Assembly (NCBI RefSeq): GCF_964204645.1
Contig: NC_134030.1
Span: forward strand, 5,994,778-6,058,777
Length of the DNA stretch: 64,000 bases
Direction of reading: 5' to 3'
Source of the DNA: Tubulanus polymorphus
Taxonomy: Eukaryota; Animalia; Nemertea
How positions within the stretch are numbered: position 1 is the first letter of the stretch; each line of letters begins with the position of its first letter. Below are positions 1 through 11,723 of the stretch, one piece after another. The position numbers were made by a program, and so were the translations under genes. The notes beneath the pieces were generated by a model. The model did no database searches. It had not been told where the DNA came from and saw only the letters and a list, made by a program, of their open reading frames with translations.

Positions 1-112
1 CTTTTAGTTCGCATTGCAGAACGAAAAATCCAAAACGACTTAACATACACCACCAGCTTATATGTTAATGCGCGCCGCACGGTATCCTATGCATGAGACA
101 GCAAATTTCTGC

Positions 113-118
<6 letters not shown>

Positions 119-146
<28 letters not shown>
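119..146. repeat. (AT)n microsatellite
   Basis: Uninterrupted atatat run. Confidence 0.95.
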
Positions 147-149
<3 letters not shown>

Positions 150-505
150 CTATTGGCGAAAGAGCGCACGAAGAGCTGGAATTCCAATTACCGACTATAC
201 ACAGTTGAAGAGTTGACTCCGGGAACGAGCTCGCAAACAGAATGACCTCTGTCGGCAGCGAGCTATCACTGAATGCAATAATGAGCAAGCCACCGACGCT
301 GGAGGCAGCAACGTTATTTAGCAGTGAGCAACAGGAGTCTGAAGAGTGATTTCATCTACCACGGCTGCTGCTGCTGAGGAAACAGCTTCGATCTTGCGCG
401 GTACTCTAACCGAAACTGTGACTGACGTTTGTTTCTTGTTGAAGAAAAGCGAGCGCCACTGCTGAAATTATATCTCCCTCTCTTTCTCTCAAATACTCGC
501 ACACC

Positions 506-509
506 TATA

Positions 510-560
<51 letters not shown>
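506..560. repeat. (AT)n microsatellite
   Basis: Long (TA)n run with one G interruption. Confidence 0.95.
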
Positions 561-563
<3 letters not shown>

Positions 564-2282
564 CTGATCGCGTGGTTCCAGTCAGCGATGCTATATTTAC
601 GACGAAAATCCATACGATCGAGCATCGATTCAATTTTAAATAGACTCTCTACGGAGAGGATGAGAAGCGACAGCGAGCGAAGGTTGGACGTCGACACGCG
701 CGAAATACGTCAATCCCAGGTTTTTCGTTTGTCGTCGTCGTCGTTTTCGAAACAAAACACGAAACGATTTAAAAATACGACGCAAACCTGGATATATCGG
801 AGCGACTATCGAGTAACACAATTATTATGACGAAGATGAAGACGAAAACTTTTAATTTATTTTCCAGGTTCGGCAGCAGCAGCAGCAGCGCGGATCTGTC
901 AAAACGTCATAGCTCAAAAATACAAGACACGTACGTCGTACGTGCGCGTGCCATCTTTTTTTCGTGCCGTCAATTTTTAATTTTGTACTTCGAAAAAAAT
1001 ACGGCATCATTTTTAAGAAGCGTTACGAGGTATTGTCGTCATAAACAACGCACGAAAAAACTTTGAAGAGGCGCGACGACCCCCGGCAATGATAGGAAAA
1101 AAGCACAAAAAAATATGGATTTCTTACCTATGCAAGACAGACACCATAGCTGCATTCATAGAATTATAGACAGACTTTATACTCCTTTAGTTAACACTTT
1201 TCTGCTTATTCAGAATTTGTCATATTCGCAACTAACCCAGCATTTTACTATCAATATTTACTGTTATGAATCGCAACAGGGGTAAGCAGTTTTTTCCTCA
1301 GGGTTCGTAGTTGTAAGGCTATGGTCAAAATAAGCATTTTTCCAAACCAAAGTTTAAGCACTTTTAACAGGAAACTAGAGTTGTACCCGTTGCTTTTTGT
1401 GTCACTAAAATTGCACTAAAAAGTTCATTTGAATTAGAATCGTCACAAAAAACCACTGGCTACAATCGGACATCGTTGATTTATCAAACAATTTCTGACT
1501 GACAGACTGAAAAATTTTTTCCAGCCAACTAAATAAGTGAAGCACTTTGAATGGATTTTATTTAAATTGAGCACTAATTAAAGCCCTTAAAATTCATTTT
1601 TCTAAATAAGCCCTTTTAAGTTCTTACAATTGCAAGAATGACATTTTTTTTTCGACCGGTTGAAATAAACGGCACTCAAGAGGAAAAATTCTATACTTTG
1701 ATTTTCAAATTGGTACTGAGGTTGGGATTTCGGGGAAATGCTGGGAGGTTTGAATCCCAAATTCACTAACTGCAACATATGTAACTTTTTTCAGATTATA
1801 GACTCTACCATATCAGTTCTCGTGCAGAGCTACCAACCCTCGGGACATCCTCAAATTTAAGTATTTCGACCTCAAATCAAGCGCTTATCTAGTGCCCAGG
1901 GGGAGAGAGCTGAATCATGAACGAAAGCTTCGTAAAATTCACAGAAAATATTCCAGAATCGAATCACTCCCGAGTACTGACAGACCTGTTAGCACCACAG
2001 TGTTCACAACCATCACTCGTGCGACGTATATCGATTACTTATTCTCCTACTGCTAGCAAAGAACAGCTTACTTTACATTGAAAATATTGAAATATTGATA
2101 AAAACTGTAAACATTTTTCCGTGACAAAAGCTAATTGTATAAAAATCCGTCACCGTTTAAATGATTCCCAGGACAGCGGAACACGCTATGAAATTCTGTG
2201 ACTGTCCCGCAAAATGCGAGACGGTTTGCTGTTCTGCCTATACGACGACACCATTATGAGCCGCTGATGTCATCTTACTTAC

Positions 2283-5200
2283 CGAACTCATCCTGCATAT
2301 TCAGAATATCCATATTAGCGCTGTCCAAAAGCTGACGAAGTGATTCATCTTCTTCCACAACCCGCGACACGTTCGGGAATAGCATATCGTCGTCGCAGTC
2401 AAACTCGAACGGAGCGTCCACCGGGGACGCCAACATCGTAGAATTAGTCTCAATGATTCCAGTTCGCACCGATCCGAGTCTCAATTCTTAAAATAGAAAA
2501 AAAAAATATTACTTATTGAAGAACGTCATGACATGAAATAAATCGCCCATGGGCAGTGGTTTACCTTGAAAACTGGAGCTTGTTTGACAAGGGCTTACCC
2601 ATGAAAAATCTTTTTAATTCTCGAGTTCAAAGTTCTATTTTATGTTGTATTTTGTCTTTTTCAAAGAATTATTTTATAGTCAAATAAGGCAAAAATGTGT
2701 AGGTTTTTTGGGTAATATTATCAAGTCTATTCAATCAGAAATAAAGAAAATGCAAAATTCCATATCTAGAAATGAATGCTGGTACAATGAGACTATTCAT
2801 TATATTATTAGTTAAACTTGTACGTTTTCTAAGTTGATTCATCATTTTTAGTCTGTTTAGTTCGCAGAGTCACACACAGCTGGCAGCACAGTCTAGAAGG
2901 CATTCCAAAGCTTCCCACAGCTGATTCGAGTAACGACTCTTTAGTTAAGACGATATTCACCAGAATCATCTGAGGAGCGCATTAGAAATGTTACGAATAG
3001 GATAATTTCACTAAATTACGCGATAATCAGAGAAATCCCTCTGAAATCCCTAATGGCTAATAGTATTTAGCCGAAACGTTGCTCGAGATATATATACATC
3101 ATTTTACAATAGAACTTTTCATTTTTGTCTGAATCTATTGTGGGATTCCTCTCGTTATTCATTACAATCATTCATTATTAAACTCATAACGAGCTTAGTT
3201 CGCCATGAGCTGTATTAACTAACCGCTGCTTAATCACCATGACCCAGTACTATTTCTAACCCAGGGCTAACTCAATTGAAAATGCCCTAAGATAGCGCCG
3301 GGTTAAAGATTACACATGTCTATAAAACTGGGCCCAGAAAATGATTTCAAATATCATCAAAATGTTATCATACGCCTAATACAGTAACACCTCTCCTAAG
3401 TGAACACTTTTGGTTCCGCACAGAGTTCGCATTGTAGGGAAAGAGAGGGTTCACTTCATTGAAAAACAACTAGAAAATGTCATACTATTCCGAGAAAAAA
3501 TGTTCACAATGGGAGGTGTTCACTAGTAGTGAGAGGCGTTCAGGCATTGAAGGGAGGTTTTACTTACCATCATTAGGAGTTGGTTGCATATCATTACTTG
3601 TAAATAAACTCGTCATTGAATCCTGGCTGATGTTATTCTCGGTCAAGTTGTTGATAAGACCTTGCATGTCTAACCACGGCTCCAGACTGTTTTGACGCGA
3701 CAATCCTGGCAACGTCTGAAATAGAAGAATTTCACCTTTTGTCAAAATTTATCTTTGGAAATCAGAAATGTCATAACTGGAGTCAGGTTGATGAACTTTA
3801 GAATTTATATAATATACACAATTTCTCCAGAATTTTTTCACAGTTTTTCGCGTAAAGGGAAAATAAGATTAACAGTTACTATCCACAATTGGGCAACAAA
3901 TCCTGGTCCTAAACTGTACCGACTTAGGTCTGATCTCACTTTACATCTAAAATTTCTATTATTCCTCAAAATTGAAGGAGTTTTAGGCATCTTACTCAAA
4001 TCAAAAGAGTTTCAAGCACCTTTAAGAGTATTTTCGGTTTAAAAGGAGCTTTTGAGGAATCAAGGAGTCGCAGGGCCCCATGTAAATTCGATTAGATATT
4101 CGTACCAGATTTGCGATTGGTATATTGTCGAGACTAGTCAAGCGTTCTAAAACCGGTCGCGAGGTCCTCAGATCGTCGTGTTGGATATTGTACGAATTCA
4201 ACATCAACGCGCCGGATTCCAGTTCATTGCGCACGTCATTGCCACCAGGTAGCGCCGGAGTCGAGCCGTTTTCCAACCAGTTTCGAATGTGACTCGTGCG
4301 CGATTGCGTAATACGTGCGTCACCCGCGGTTTCGGCGAAATCATCCGACCAGCGCTGGAAACTGTGGTCGGACTGCGGAGCGGAGAGGAAATCAGCCGGT
4401 ATTCCGGGAGCCGTAGGATGCCATCGGTCGTTGTGAGAATCGTCACTAGAAATCGACGTAACGCTGGCAGAATCGGAGCTGCTAGCTCGACCGATGCCGG
4501 ACTCATCGGAGAAATCCTCCAATATCTTCATAGCTTCATCCAACGACAACGTCTGAAATTATAAACGAATAAACATTGAATTGAAGGACAGATAAAGTAT
4601 CTATTTGCCGAATACACAAACATTATAATTTCACAGTGTGCAATATCAGCCCATTCGAAGCAAATAAGTGCCATCAAAATACCATCGACTAAGTGCATTC
4701 ATGAAGTTTGTGCATGAAAAAAATTCATCTTCCAAAACCTGTAAGAACCCTGCTTAATAATAGGCACCCAAAAAACATTGAAAAATTGAGAAATAATTAG
4801 ACTTGAGATGAAATGACGCATAAACAACAGAAGATTTTTTATTAAGAATAGACACTTACATCCCCTATATGAGGCTCAACTTCTTCCAATAATAAAGCTT
4901 GGTTATCCTCGGAATACCGCGCTTCCAAATCACCATCTACCAAAAAAAAAAACTCAAGATAAAAATATCGTACAGGCAAGTAATTTAAATATCAAGACAT
5001 AGGATCTAGTTTTATGTGAAGACACAGGCTTTTTATGTTTAATACCCCAGCTACTGTTGATTGATATAAAATTCATGAGTTATGCCATCGTCTAAAAGCA
5101 CGCGGTTACCTCCAACTGGTATAACTCAACTCTTAATTTAAAATAACCGACCATCTGCGACATAATATTCCTTCAAAAATTATGAGTTTTCACCCTTTTT

Positions 5201-7137
5201 CTAAACGACTCGGCAGCTGTTAATAGTAATTATATGATGACATAGAGGGCTGTACCAGCTGCGTGTTTGCAGCCAGCTGGTCACAACTAGACATCGCATT
5301 GGCTTTTCACACGTAAAACCCACATGTACTTCAAATAAACTTCTTGTAGTAGAAAACTCTAATGTGAAGAATTCAAAAATTAAAATCAAAAGACGCGATG
5401 TTTCTAACACTTACTAGGGATCATCGTTTGGTGTCTAGAGAGAGTTAAAAACGTGTCTTTAAATTCTGGTAGTGGGTTTTAAAACGTATCTATTCTCAAT
5501 GTCAATGCGTGGCTTTTTACTTACCGCTGTCCGTAGGATTTCGGTCTTGATTTTGATCATGGAGTGAGCTTGAAGCCTGAAAGATATCATTGAAAAATAC
5601 AGCTGATTCAAGCCCTACAAATCATGAAAGTTAATTATATATTTCTAAGCGAAAACCAACTTACGTAAAACATGATTACGAAACAAACCCACAACTTCAG
5701 TTTCGGATTCGAAAAATGGAACAAACTCAATGAAAATTTCACCATTTTCAGAGAGAAAAAATTTCATTAATTTATATTCCAAATTACGACATATATTCAC
5801 TTTCATTATAAGCAGATCATCTATTGACTAAAATCTCCAATTCAAAGCATTATTCCACAACAAACTGCCCAAACGCCTTGTGTATATTTCTGTACTGATT
5901 TCAAATTTCAAAACTCTGTAAGTCACAGGCATTCATTGCTAGTCCATTGTGTTTGCAGGTATATTTATCTATACACATCATTTAACAGGTCATTCGTGCA
6001 CTCCACAACTTATAAAAACTCCTTCCAAGAATTATACACCAAATCAGTGACCAGATATATGGCCATGTATGGAACCAGTCAACCAACAAGTTTTGGACAT
6101 CTTCCCATTTTTATTTTTTGGTTAAAAACCCTCGACAGACGACACATGAACAGGTCAAGATATTCTAGGTCTCCTGAGTTCATAATGATATGAAACGATG
6201 CATGCAAGACTGGATGAAAAATCTGTTTAACTAGTTCTGCAGTCATTGATTATAAATAGCAACAGAGGTCATCCTCAAAGCAATATACCCGAATTTAAGA
6301 GAATAATTCAAGAGCAGAACTGCCAACCTCTGAAAATTGCTATGAGTAACAAATTGATAGTCATGACATGAGCCCAAAAGTGGTCTCAAATCTAAACACT
6401 GGTCTTGACTTGTTAGACTGGCTACATAACAGAAGATGGTCGTAGACTCAACTATGTAAAGACGGCTCTTACACAAGTTGGTAGATTGGGTACAGAACTC
6501 AGATGATCTTAGACTGGTCTAAAATCTAAGCCTGGCACCTAAAATATTACACATCTAGCATGAGGCACGGACTTCAACTACCTACCTCTTTAAAATGTTC
6601 CAAATTTTCAAAATCGTTGTCGTTATTATTCATCGACTGCAGTGAGTTGCACGGCACCTCACCGTCGCTATTCGTTTCACCAGGTGGCGCTATCGAACCG
6701 CTAGCCGAATCATCGTTAACGCCGCTGTTATCCGCGGTTCCCGTCGGTGATGTCGCCTCGCCGCGATAAAACGGATTGTTGCGCAAGTTATCGCTGACCA
6801 ACCACGTGTTCACGACGACATCTGTATCGGCGGCCATGTTCCCGAATCGTTGCCACGTCAACGCCCGAATATCGCGCAGGATCCAATTATCGTTGAAATC
6901 GTCGACGTACTTCGGCGACGAGTAACTGTGGAAACGGTTGACGTTGTTGAGGTCGTTGTAGATGTTCGCCGATTGCGTCAGTCCGATCGTTTGACCGAAG
7001 ACGATTTCCTGAATTTCCGGGTAATCGTCGTGGTTGCGGTGCGAACCTCGGCTGATCAACGAATCCAGATCGGTTCGTAATAAACTCAACAAGATCGCGA
7101 TCTGCACGAGGCCCTCGGTGAACACTTTCTTCAACAT
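2283..7137 (-). CDS. NFE2L1: CNC-bZIP transcription factor, ER-anchored Nrf1/NFE2L1 (CncC/SKN-1A)-like; partial, 3' bZIP exon(s) presumably left of window. Predicted coding exons 7137-6586, 5576-5525, 4936-4860, 4552-4106, 3715-3568, 2486-2283
   Basis: N-terminus MLKKVFTEGLVQIAILLSLLRTDLD..PEIQEIVFG..SPKYVDD..ILRDIRAL..VNTWLV closely matches human NFE2L1 NHB1 (MLSLKKYLTEGLLQFTILLSL) and NHB2 (VNAWLV). Later exons give LSLDEAMKILE (Neh4-like) and SLEPWLDMQGL (Neh5-like). All six exons have GT/AG ends with compatible phases (0,1,0,0,1,1). Symbol indicates family likeness, not proven orthology. Confidence 0.85.
3244..3335. mobile_element. Degenerate copy of ~100-bp hairpin MITE family
   Basis: aacccagggctaactc...gggttaaag...tctataaaactgggccc; related copies at 16782-16889 and 18788-18891. 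Confidence 0.6.
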
Positions 7138-7681
7138 GTTTTTATCGCTCGTGTATTCGAATTTCGAATAAGTTGTCAAAACGAAAATTTGCCAACGATT
7201 GCGTTTTTCTCGAAATTCAGACGTAGAAGAACCTATCGTCCGTGCAGCTGCACTTCAGTTTCGTTGCCCATCTCAAACGAGCCACATATCGCTATGCGTT
7301 GTTATTGTATTCGTCGTTCGGTTCAAAAACAGATGTTTCCCGATCCTAGGAAAAGATGACGTGTCTATAGAAAAAAAAAACAACATAAAACATCCATTAA
7401 AGTTAAAATTTCCAAGCAGATGATTCGTTGTGTCGGTAAAACTCACTACAGACATATCTCACTTCTTTCATCCATAGTTAACTTCAACTAAAGGTTTTTG
7501 CCTTAAATTATCTCAAGTATCAAGTATCACCTTATAAGAATTTTTGAATTATACCCATTTATTTTCATAAAATTGGTGACATGCCCTTTTTGAAAGACGT
7601 GTTATCGGTGTCTTTTGCACTTTTTCAACAGGGTACTCAAAATCAAGAAAATCAGTTAAATCACTGAATATATAGTCATAG

Positions 7682-8149
7682 TTAAATAGAAGTGGATATT
7701 TAACCGTATATGGCAAAGTATTTACTGGTCTTCCGCTATTTTACCGTACATTATTACTATATATTTAGTATTAACTAATAAAAAGTAACAATAAAATCAT
7801 TATATTGGGTTTAGGGTTAGGGTTACGATAGGGTTAGTGTCAAGAGGGTGAGAAGAGGGTCCATAGGGTTTGGATAGGATTAGGGTAAGGTGAGGTACTA
7901 TAGATAGGTAAAACATTGGGTTGGTTTTCAGCGAGTTCGGTGGTCTAGTGGTATGACGCTGCGCTTGTAATTTACTGGCCCGGGTTTCGAGTCTTGATCT
8001 ATCCGCTCTATTTTCTCTAACTCCATTCTCCACACTTTCCTTGAATTTTCTAAGTCGCGCACGCGCGGCGTAAATCAGCGACGATGTACGGTAAAATAGC
8101 GGAAATAAATACTCAGCTGTAAACGGTAAAATATCCACTGCGTAGTTAA
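7682..8149. mobile_element. Non-autonomous element: ~65-bp imperfect terminal inverted repeats enclosing degenerate (TTAGGG)n and a tRNA-like Pol III A/B-box segment
   Basis: Left agtggatatttaaccgt..ttccgctattttaccgtacat (7691-7751) vs right atgtacggtaaaatagcggaa..acggtaaaatatccact (8084-8139); ttagggttagggtt at ~7811; tggtctagtgg (A-box-like) ~7941 and ggtttcgagtc (B-box-like) ~7983. Confidence 0.6.
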
Positions 8150-8799
8150 ATTGCTGTCTGGTTACACTCATCTAGCTGCACATGATTTAACTCCATGACC
8201 CAGTTGCTCAATAGTTAGAGAGTCAACGTGAATAGTTGACGTAGTGACAATTTCAATTTAAAAAGTCCATTGACGTTGCCACGATTATCCAATATCTTTA
8301 ACCAACCATTGAGCAACTGGCCATTGCTCTTGCTAATTCATATTCAATACCCATAAGTCAAGTAACAGTAGGCTTTTCTAAAAATTTTAATGGGCCTTAT
8401 AAGCCCTGTTGTTCCATAACACAACTTATAGGCCTAAGGCGAACACACGTACTCAAAAAGAAATAGGCCTACCCTGCCCCCGGCGCCGTAGGCCTACCTG
8501 ATGCCTATAGGTGGTAAAATAGTCACGCGTTATATAATTCATACTAAAACATTGGTTTTGATCTTTTTTAGCTGATGACATCGAATAGAACAGTCTGGAA
8601 TTATGAGTGTGGCGCAATGAATTGAATGACGAACTCATTGTGTCGCAGGAATTCCGTTAACCGGTGAAAATATCATTTCATCGATCAAATACACGTCAAC
8701 ATGCGACATACCGTCGTCAATGTTGTAACGAAAACCTGGACGTTGGTGGAGGGATTCTACATCGAACAAATCGACGTTAATTCGAGCTGATTTTGAACG

Positions 8800-8925
8800 G
8801 CATTTACCTGGATAAAATGCGACGATAAAACAAAGTGAAATTCATATGACTCAGCGCAGCGAATGACTTCCGGTTTGCCGGGTGACGACAGCGCATGCGG
8901 CATCCACAAGGAGCACCACGTGCTT
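8800..8925 (-). promoter_or_regulatory. Probable promoter/first non-coding exon of the Nrf-like gene, with ARE/MARE-like, ETS-like and E-box motifs
   Basis: ATGACTCAGCG 8846-8856, ACTTCCGG ~8866-8873, CACGTG ~8918-8923; candidate minus-strand donor CAG|GTAAAT ~8807; locally CpG-rich. Confidence 0.4.
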
Positions 8926-9249
8926 TTGTTTATGTGTGACATAATCAATACAAAGCTACTTAGCGACTAAGAAAATATAAAACCGAGACTGTTTAAGCCG
9001 AAGAAAATACCTCTAATAATAATCAATAATATCAAGTTCATTCGAAAGTATAATTGTGCCACATAATCATTCGTAATTTCTCAGCTCTATGAACCTAGAA
9101 ATTTGGGATTCGAACTCAATCTCAACAGCGGCTTGCACAGGGACGCGAGCCTTCCGCTGACATAAAAAACCGTATTTGGACACGGAGCGGGATTACTGCC
9201 GCGGTTTAAAAATGAGTTTGCGACAGCGGCCTAAAGGCTTTGCTTGCCC

Positions 9250-9398
9250 ACACTGAAAGCTACTGTTCTCTCTCTCTTTTTATAATTGTGCTTTATTTAA
9301 AAAAATTGTAAATTTTATTGTTTGTTTTCTCTCAACCTGTGTACATAGCCTGTCATGCTTTCTGTGAAATAAATTTGAACTTGAACTTGAACTTGAGT
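9250..9398 (+). mobile_element. 3' end fragment of a LINE/SINE with (TTGAAC)n tail
   Basis: aataaa immediately followed by tttgaacttgaacttgaacttgag. Confidence 0.45.
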
Positions 9399-10590
9399 TC
9401 GCCGCTTCTCCGGCGTTGAACTATCAGCAGATTAATTATGGCGATCGGTCCACCGCTTAGATTTGATAATCGTTGTAGGACTTTTGAAATTTTTTTTTCA
9501 TCTGCCTTTCCGTAGATGCTATCAAAAATTGCGCAGCCGATCAACAGTCCTCGTGTCCAGTCAAGTGGTCGGCGCGGCACACAAGTATGGATTTTGTCGA
9601 AAATATCGAGGGTGCAAAGCATTTCTCGCTGAGTTGTGTCGCGTAACGCGCAATAAAGTAGGATATTCGTCCTCAATTTGGTTATTCTCAGGCGCAGATT
9701 CAGACGTACCCGAGGCACGTGCACGGACATGCTTGGCATTCTTACATTTAGTCGTCTCTTTTGATAGTAGAAAAAGGCACATTTTTACGAGACGAGGCAG
9801 ATAATCTTAAACAACAAAAGGCACATTCAGTCGTCCATCAATTTTAAAAAACAAGAAAAGGCACTTTTAGTCGTCTATATCAATCCCAAAAGTAGAAAAG
9901 GGCATACAACAAGACGAGGCAGATAACTTTCAACAAAAACGTGCTGCACCATCTTTCAGGACTCCATCTTTATTGCCTGAAAACTAAATCCCAATACAGT
10001 AAATTTTCTTGAAAGCACTTTGCACCAGGACTTCATTTACTGCTCGGAAATAAATTGCACCAAAAAGCAGTAAATTTCCAAAATTTTCTTGTGGATGACT
10101 GCACACCCCTCTCGTTTGTCGTGGATTGTTGCTACCCTCACCAGTGGTCCCTGAATCTGATACCGGGTACGGGGACGGTCTTCTTGTGGCGTCAGAGGTC
10201 TAGTCCATTTGCCATTTTCGACTAGTAAATTATGACTTCCACAGCGGAATTTACTTAGAATATTGACAATTTTCTTACTGTCTAAATCGAGATAATTCTC
10301 ATATTGGTAAGTTTGTTTGAATGTTGTATAAAGGTAACATTTACGGCTATTTTCTATTGTTTGCGTTCTACAGTCTCTAAAAGATATGACTCGATTTCTA
10401 TTTGCTGTAACAGCCAGAAGCCTATACGTAGAAGGGCTTCCGGAGATTGAGCTCGATTGAGCTTAACACTTTCGAATACATAGATCAGAATGATACCTGG
10501 GTCAAAAATAAAACCAGTCTATTAAACCGGGCCATGTTGTACATTTAAATCTATTTCAATGTATACTAAAACAAAACCATGATCAGATAT

Positions 10591-10666
10591 GTATATATGG
10601 CTAGTGTCGACAGAGTTTCACAATTGAAGTATATATGGCTAGTGTCGACAGAGTTTCACAATTGAA
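10591..10666. repeat. Perfect 38-bp tandem duplication
   Basis: gtatatatggctagtgtcgacagagtttcacaattgaa x2. Confidence 0.9.
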
Positions 10667-10817
10667 TGATTCCAGTAGGTGGCGGCATTGTAGTTTATGT
10701 TCACCCATCTTTTTATATATCCATCGCCAATTCAGTGTACTCATAATTTTTCCTTAAACGAGTATAGCTTTCGCGGTATTATTCCCAATCCTTAAATACC
10801 TCGGTAGAAATTTGTGA

Positions 10818-11723
10818 TTATGTAAGATCTTTAGCGACTTCTCTCCTGCATTTCGGCTCAAAGCACAAAACCTGGCGAGCGGCTAGTCTGAATTTCTTTC
10901 CGAACGCGAAATAGATGAAGAAATTGACGGACGAATTGAAAATCGACAAGAATACCCCGACGTATGGGGTTTCCTTAAAGAGTTCCATGTCTTTTACGAG
11001 ATACACCAACGAATTCGCGGCTAGTGACATTTCGCAGATGACAAAGATTACTGACAAAGCTATCAATCTATGAGAAATTCTTTTAGGACATTCGATTGAC
11101 GTCGTTTTGCGTTCATTAGAACATTTCCACACCACACTTATGTTGACGAAGAAGACGATCAAACAATATGTAGTGATCTTGATGAAATATATAATTCTAC
11201 CGGATAGCGGGTGAACTAACATAAGTATGGCTTCCACCAAAGCGATAATCCACGCAGCCGCGATGACAGAACAGATCTTTGCGGTGGTAGGGGCGTGTCG
11301 TCTGGCAAAGAAAGGATACTGTATGCCCATATAACGATCAATATTGACCAGGACGATTACGGACCGAGATAAAAAGTATAACATCAAAACGATCCCTGCA
11401 GTAATAACAGCCACCGTGGCATGATCGTTGGTATACTTGTGACATAACGACGAGACCAAGACAACCAACAGATAAAAACCATCCGTACTGGCAAGAGTTC
11501 GCAGTAACGTATTGTGGGCAGTCTTACGACCGAGTAGTTTACACTCCCGCGTCAAAACGATAAAACAAAGCACGTTCAATATTATTCCGATCGGTAGAAT
11601 CACGGAGAACGCCACCACTAATTCGGACAATGAAAAATAAACATGAAATATGTTTCCTCTGCCATTTTTGATGATATCATTCCCACCTCTCTCATCAGGT
11701 TTTGTTGTGGTAAAATTGTCCAT
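10818..11723 (-). CDS. Intronless rhodopsin-family (class A) GPCR, FMRFamide-receptor-like/chemosensory type, copy 1 (301 aa)
   Basis: Seven hydrophobic segments; GIILN (TM1), LASTD (TM2), IDRY..I.YP (TM3), W in TM4, FVICE (TM6), NSSVNFFIY..FGKKFR (TM7/helix 8). Confidence 0.9.
   Translation of the reverse strand: MDNFTTTKPDERGGNDIIKNGRGNIFHVYFSLSELVVAFSVILPIGIILNVLCFIVLTRECKLLGRKTAHNTLLRTLASTDGFYLLVVLVSSLCHKYTNDHATVAVITAGIVLMLYFLSRSVIVLVNIDRYMGIQYPFFARRHAPTTAKICSVIAAAWIIALVEAILMLVHPLSGRIIYFIKITTYCLIVFFVNISVVWKCSNERKTTSIECPKRISHRLIALSVIFVICEMSLAANSLVYLVKDMELFKETPYVGVFLSIFNSSVNFFIYFAFGKKFRLAARQVLCFEPKCRREVAKDLT

Noticed and set aside
58-1066. ORFs 58-288, 429-830, 636-821, 827-1066
   Set aside because: Driven by (AT)n and (GCA)/(TCG) low-complexity runs; no recognisable motifs; more likely intronic or regulatory sequence of the Nrf gene
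7806-7895. Telomere or interstitial telomeric array
   Set aside because: Only 2-3 exact TTAGGG units, degenerate and enclosed by inverted repeats
7935-8005. Functional tRNA gene
   Set aside because: A/B-box-like motifs present but no convincing acceptor and anticodon stems by eye; treated as tRNA-derived
10591-10666. CRISPR-like direct repeats
   Set aside because: Two adjacent copies without spacer, eukaryotic context, no cas genes
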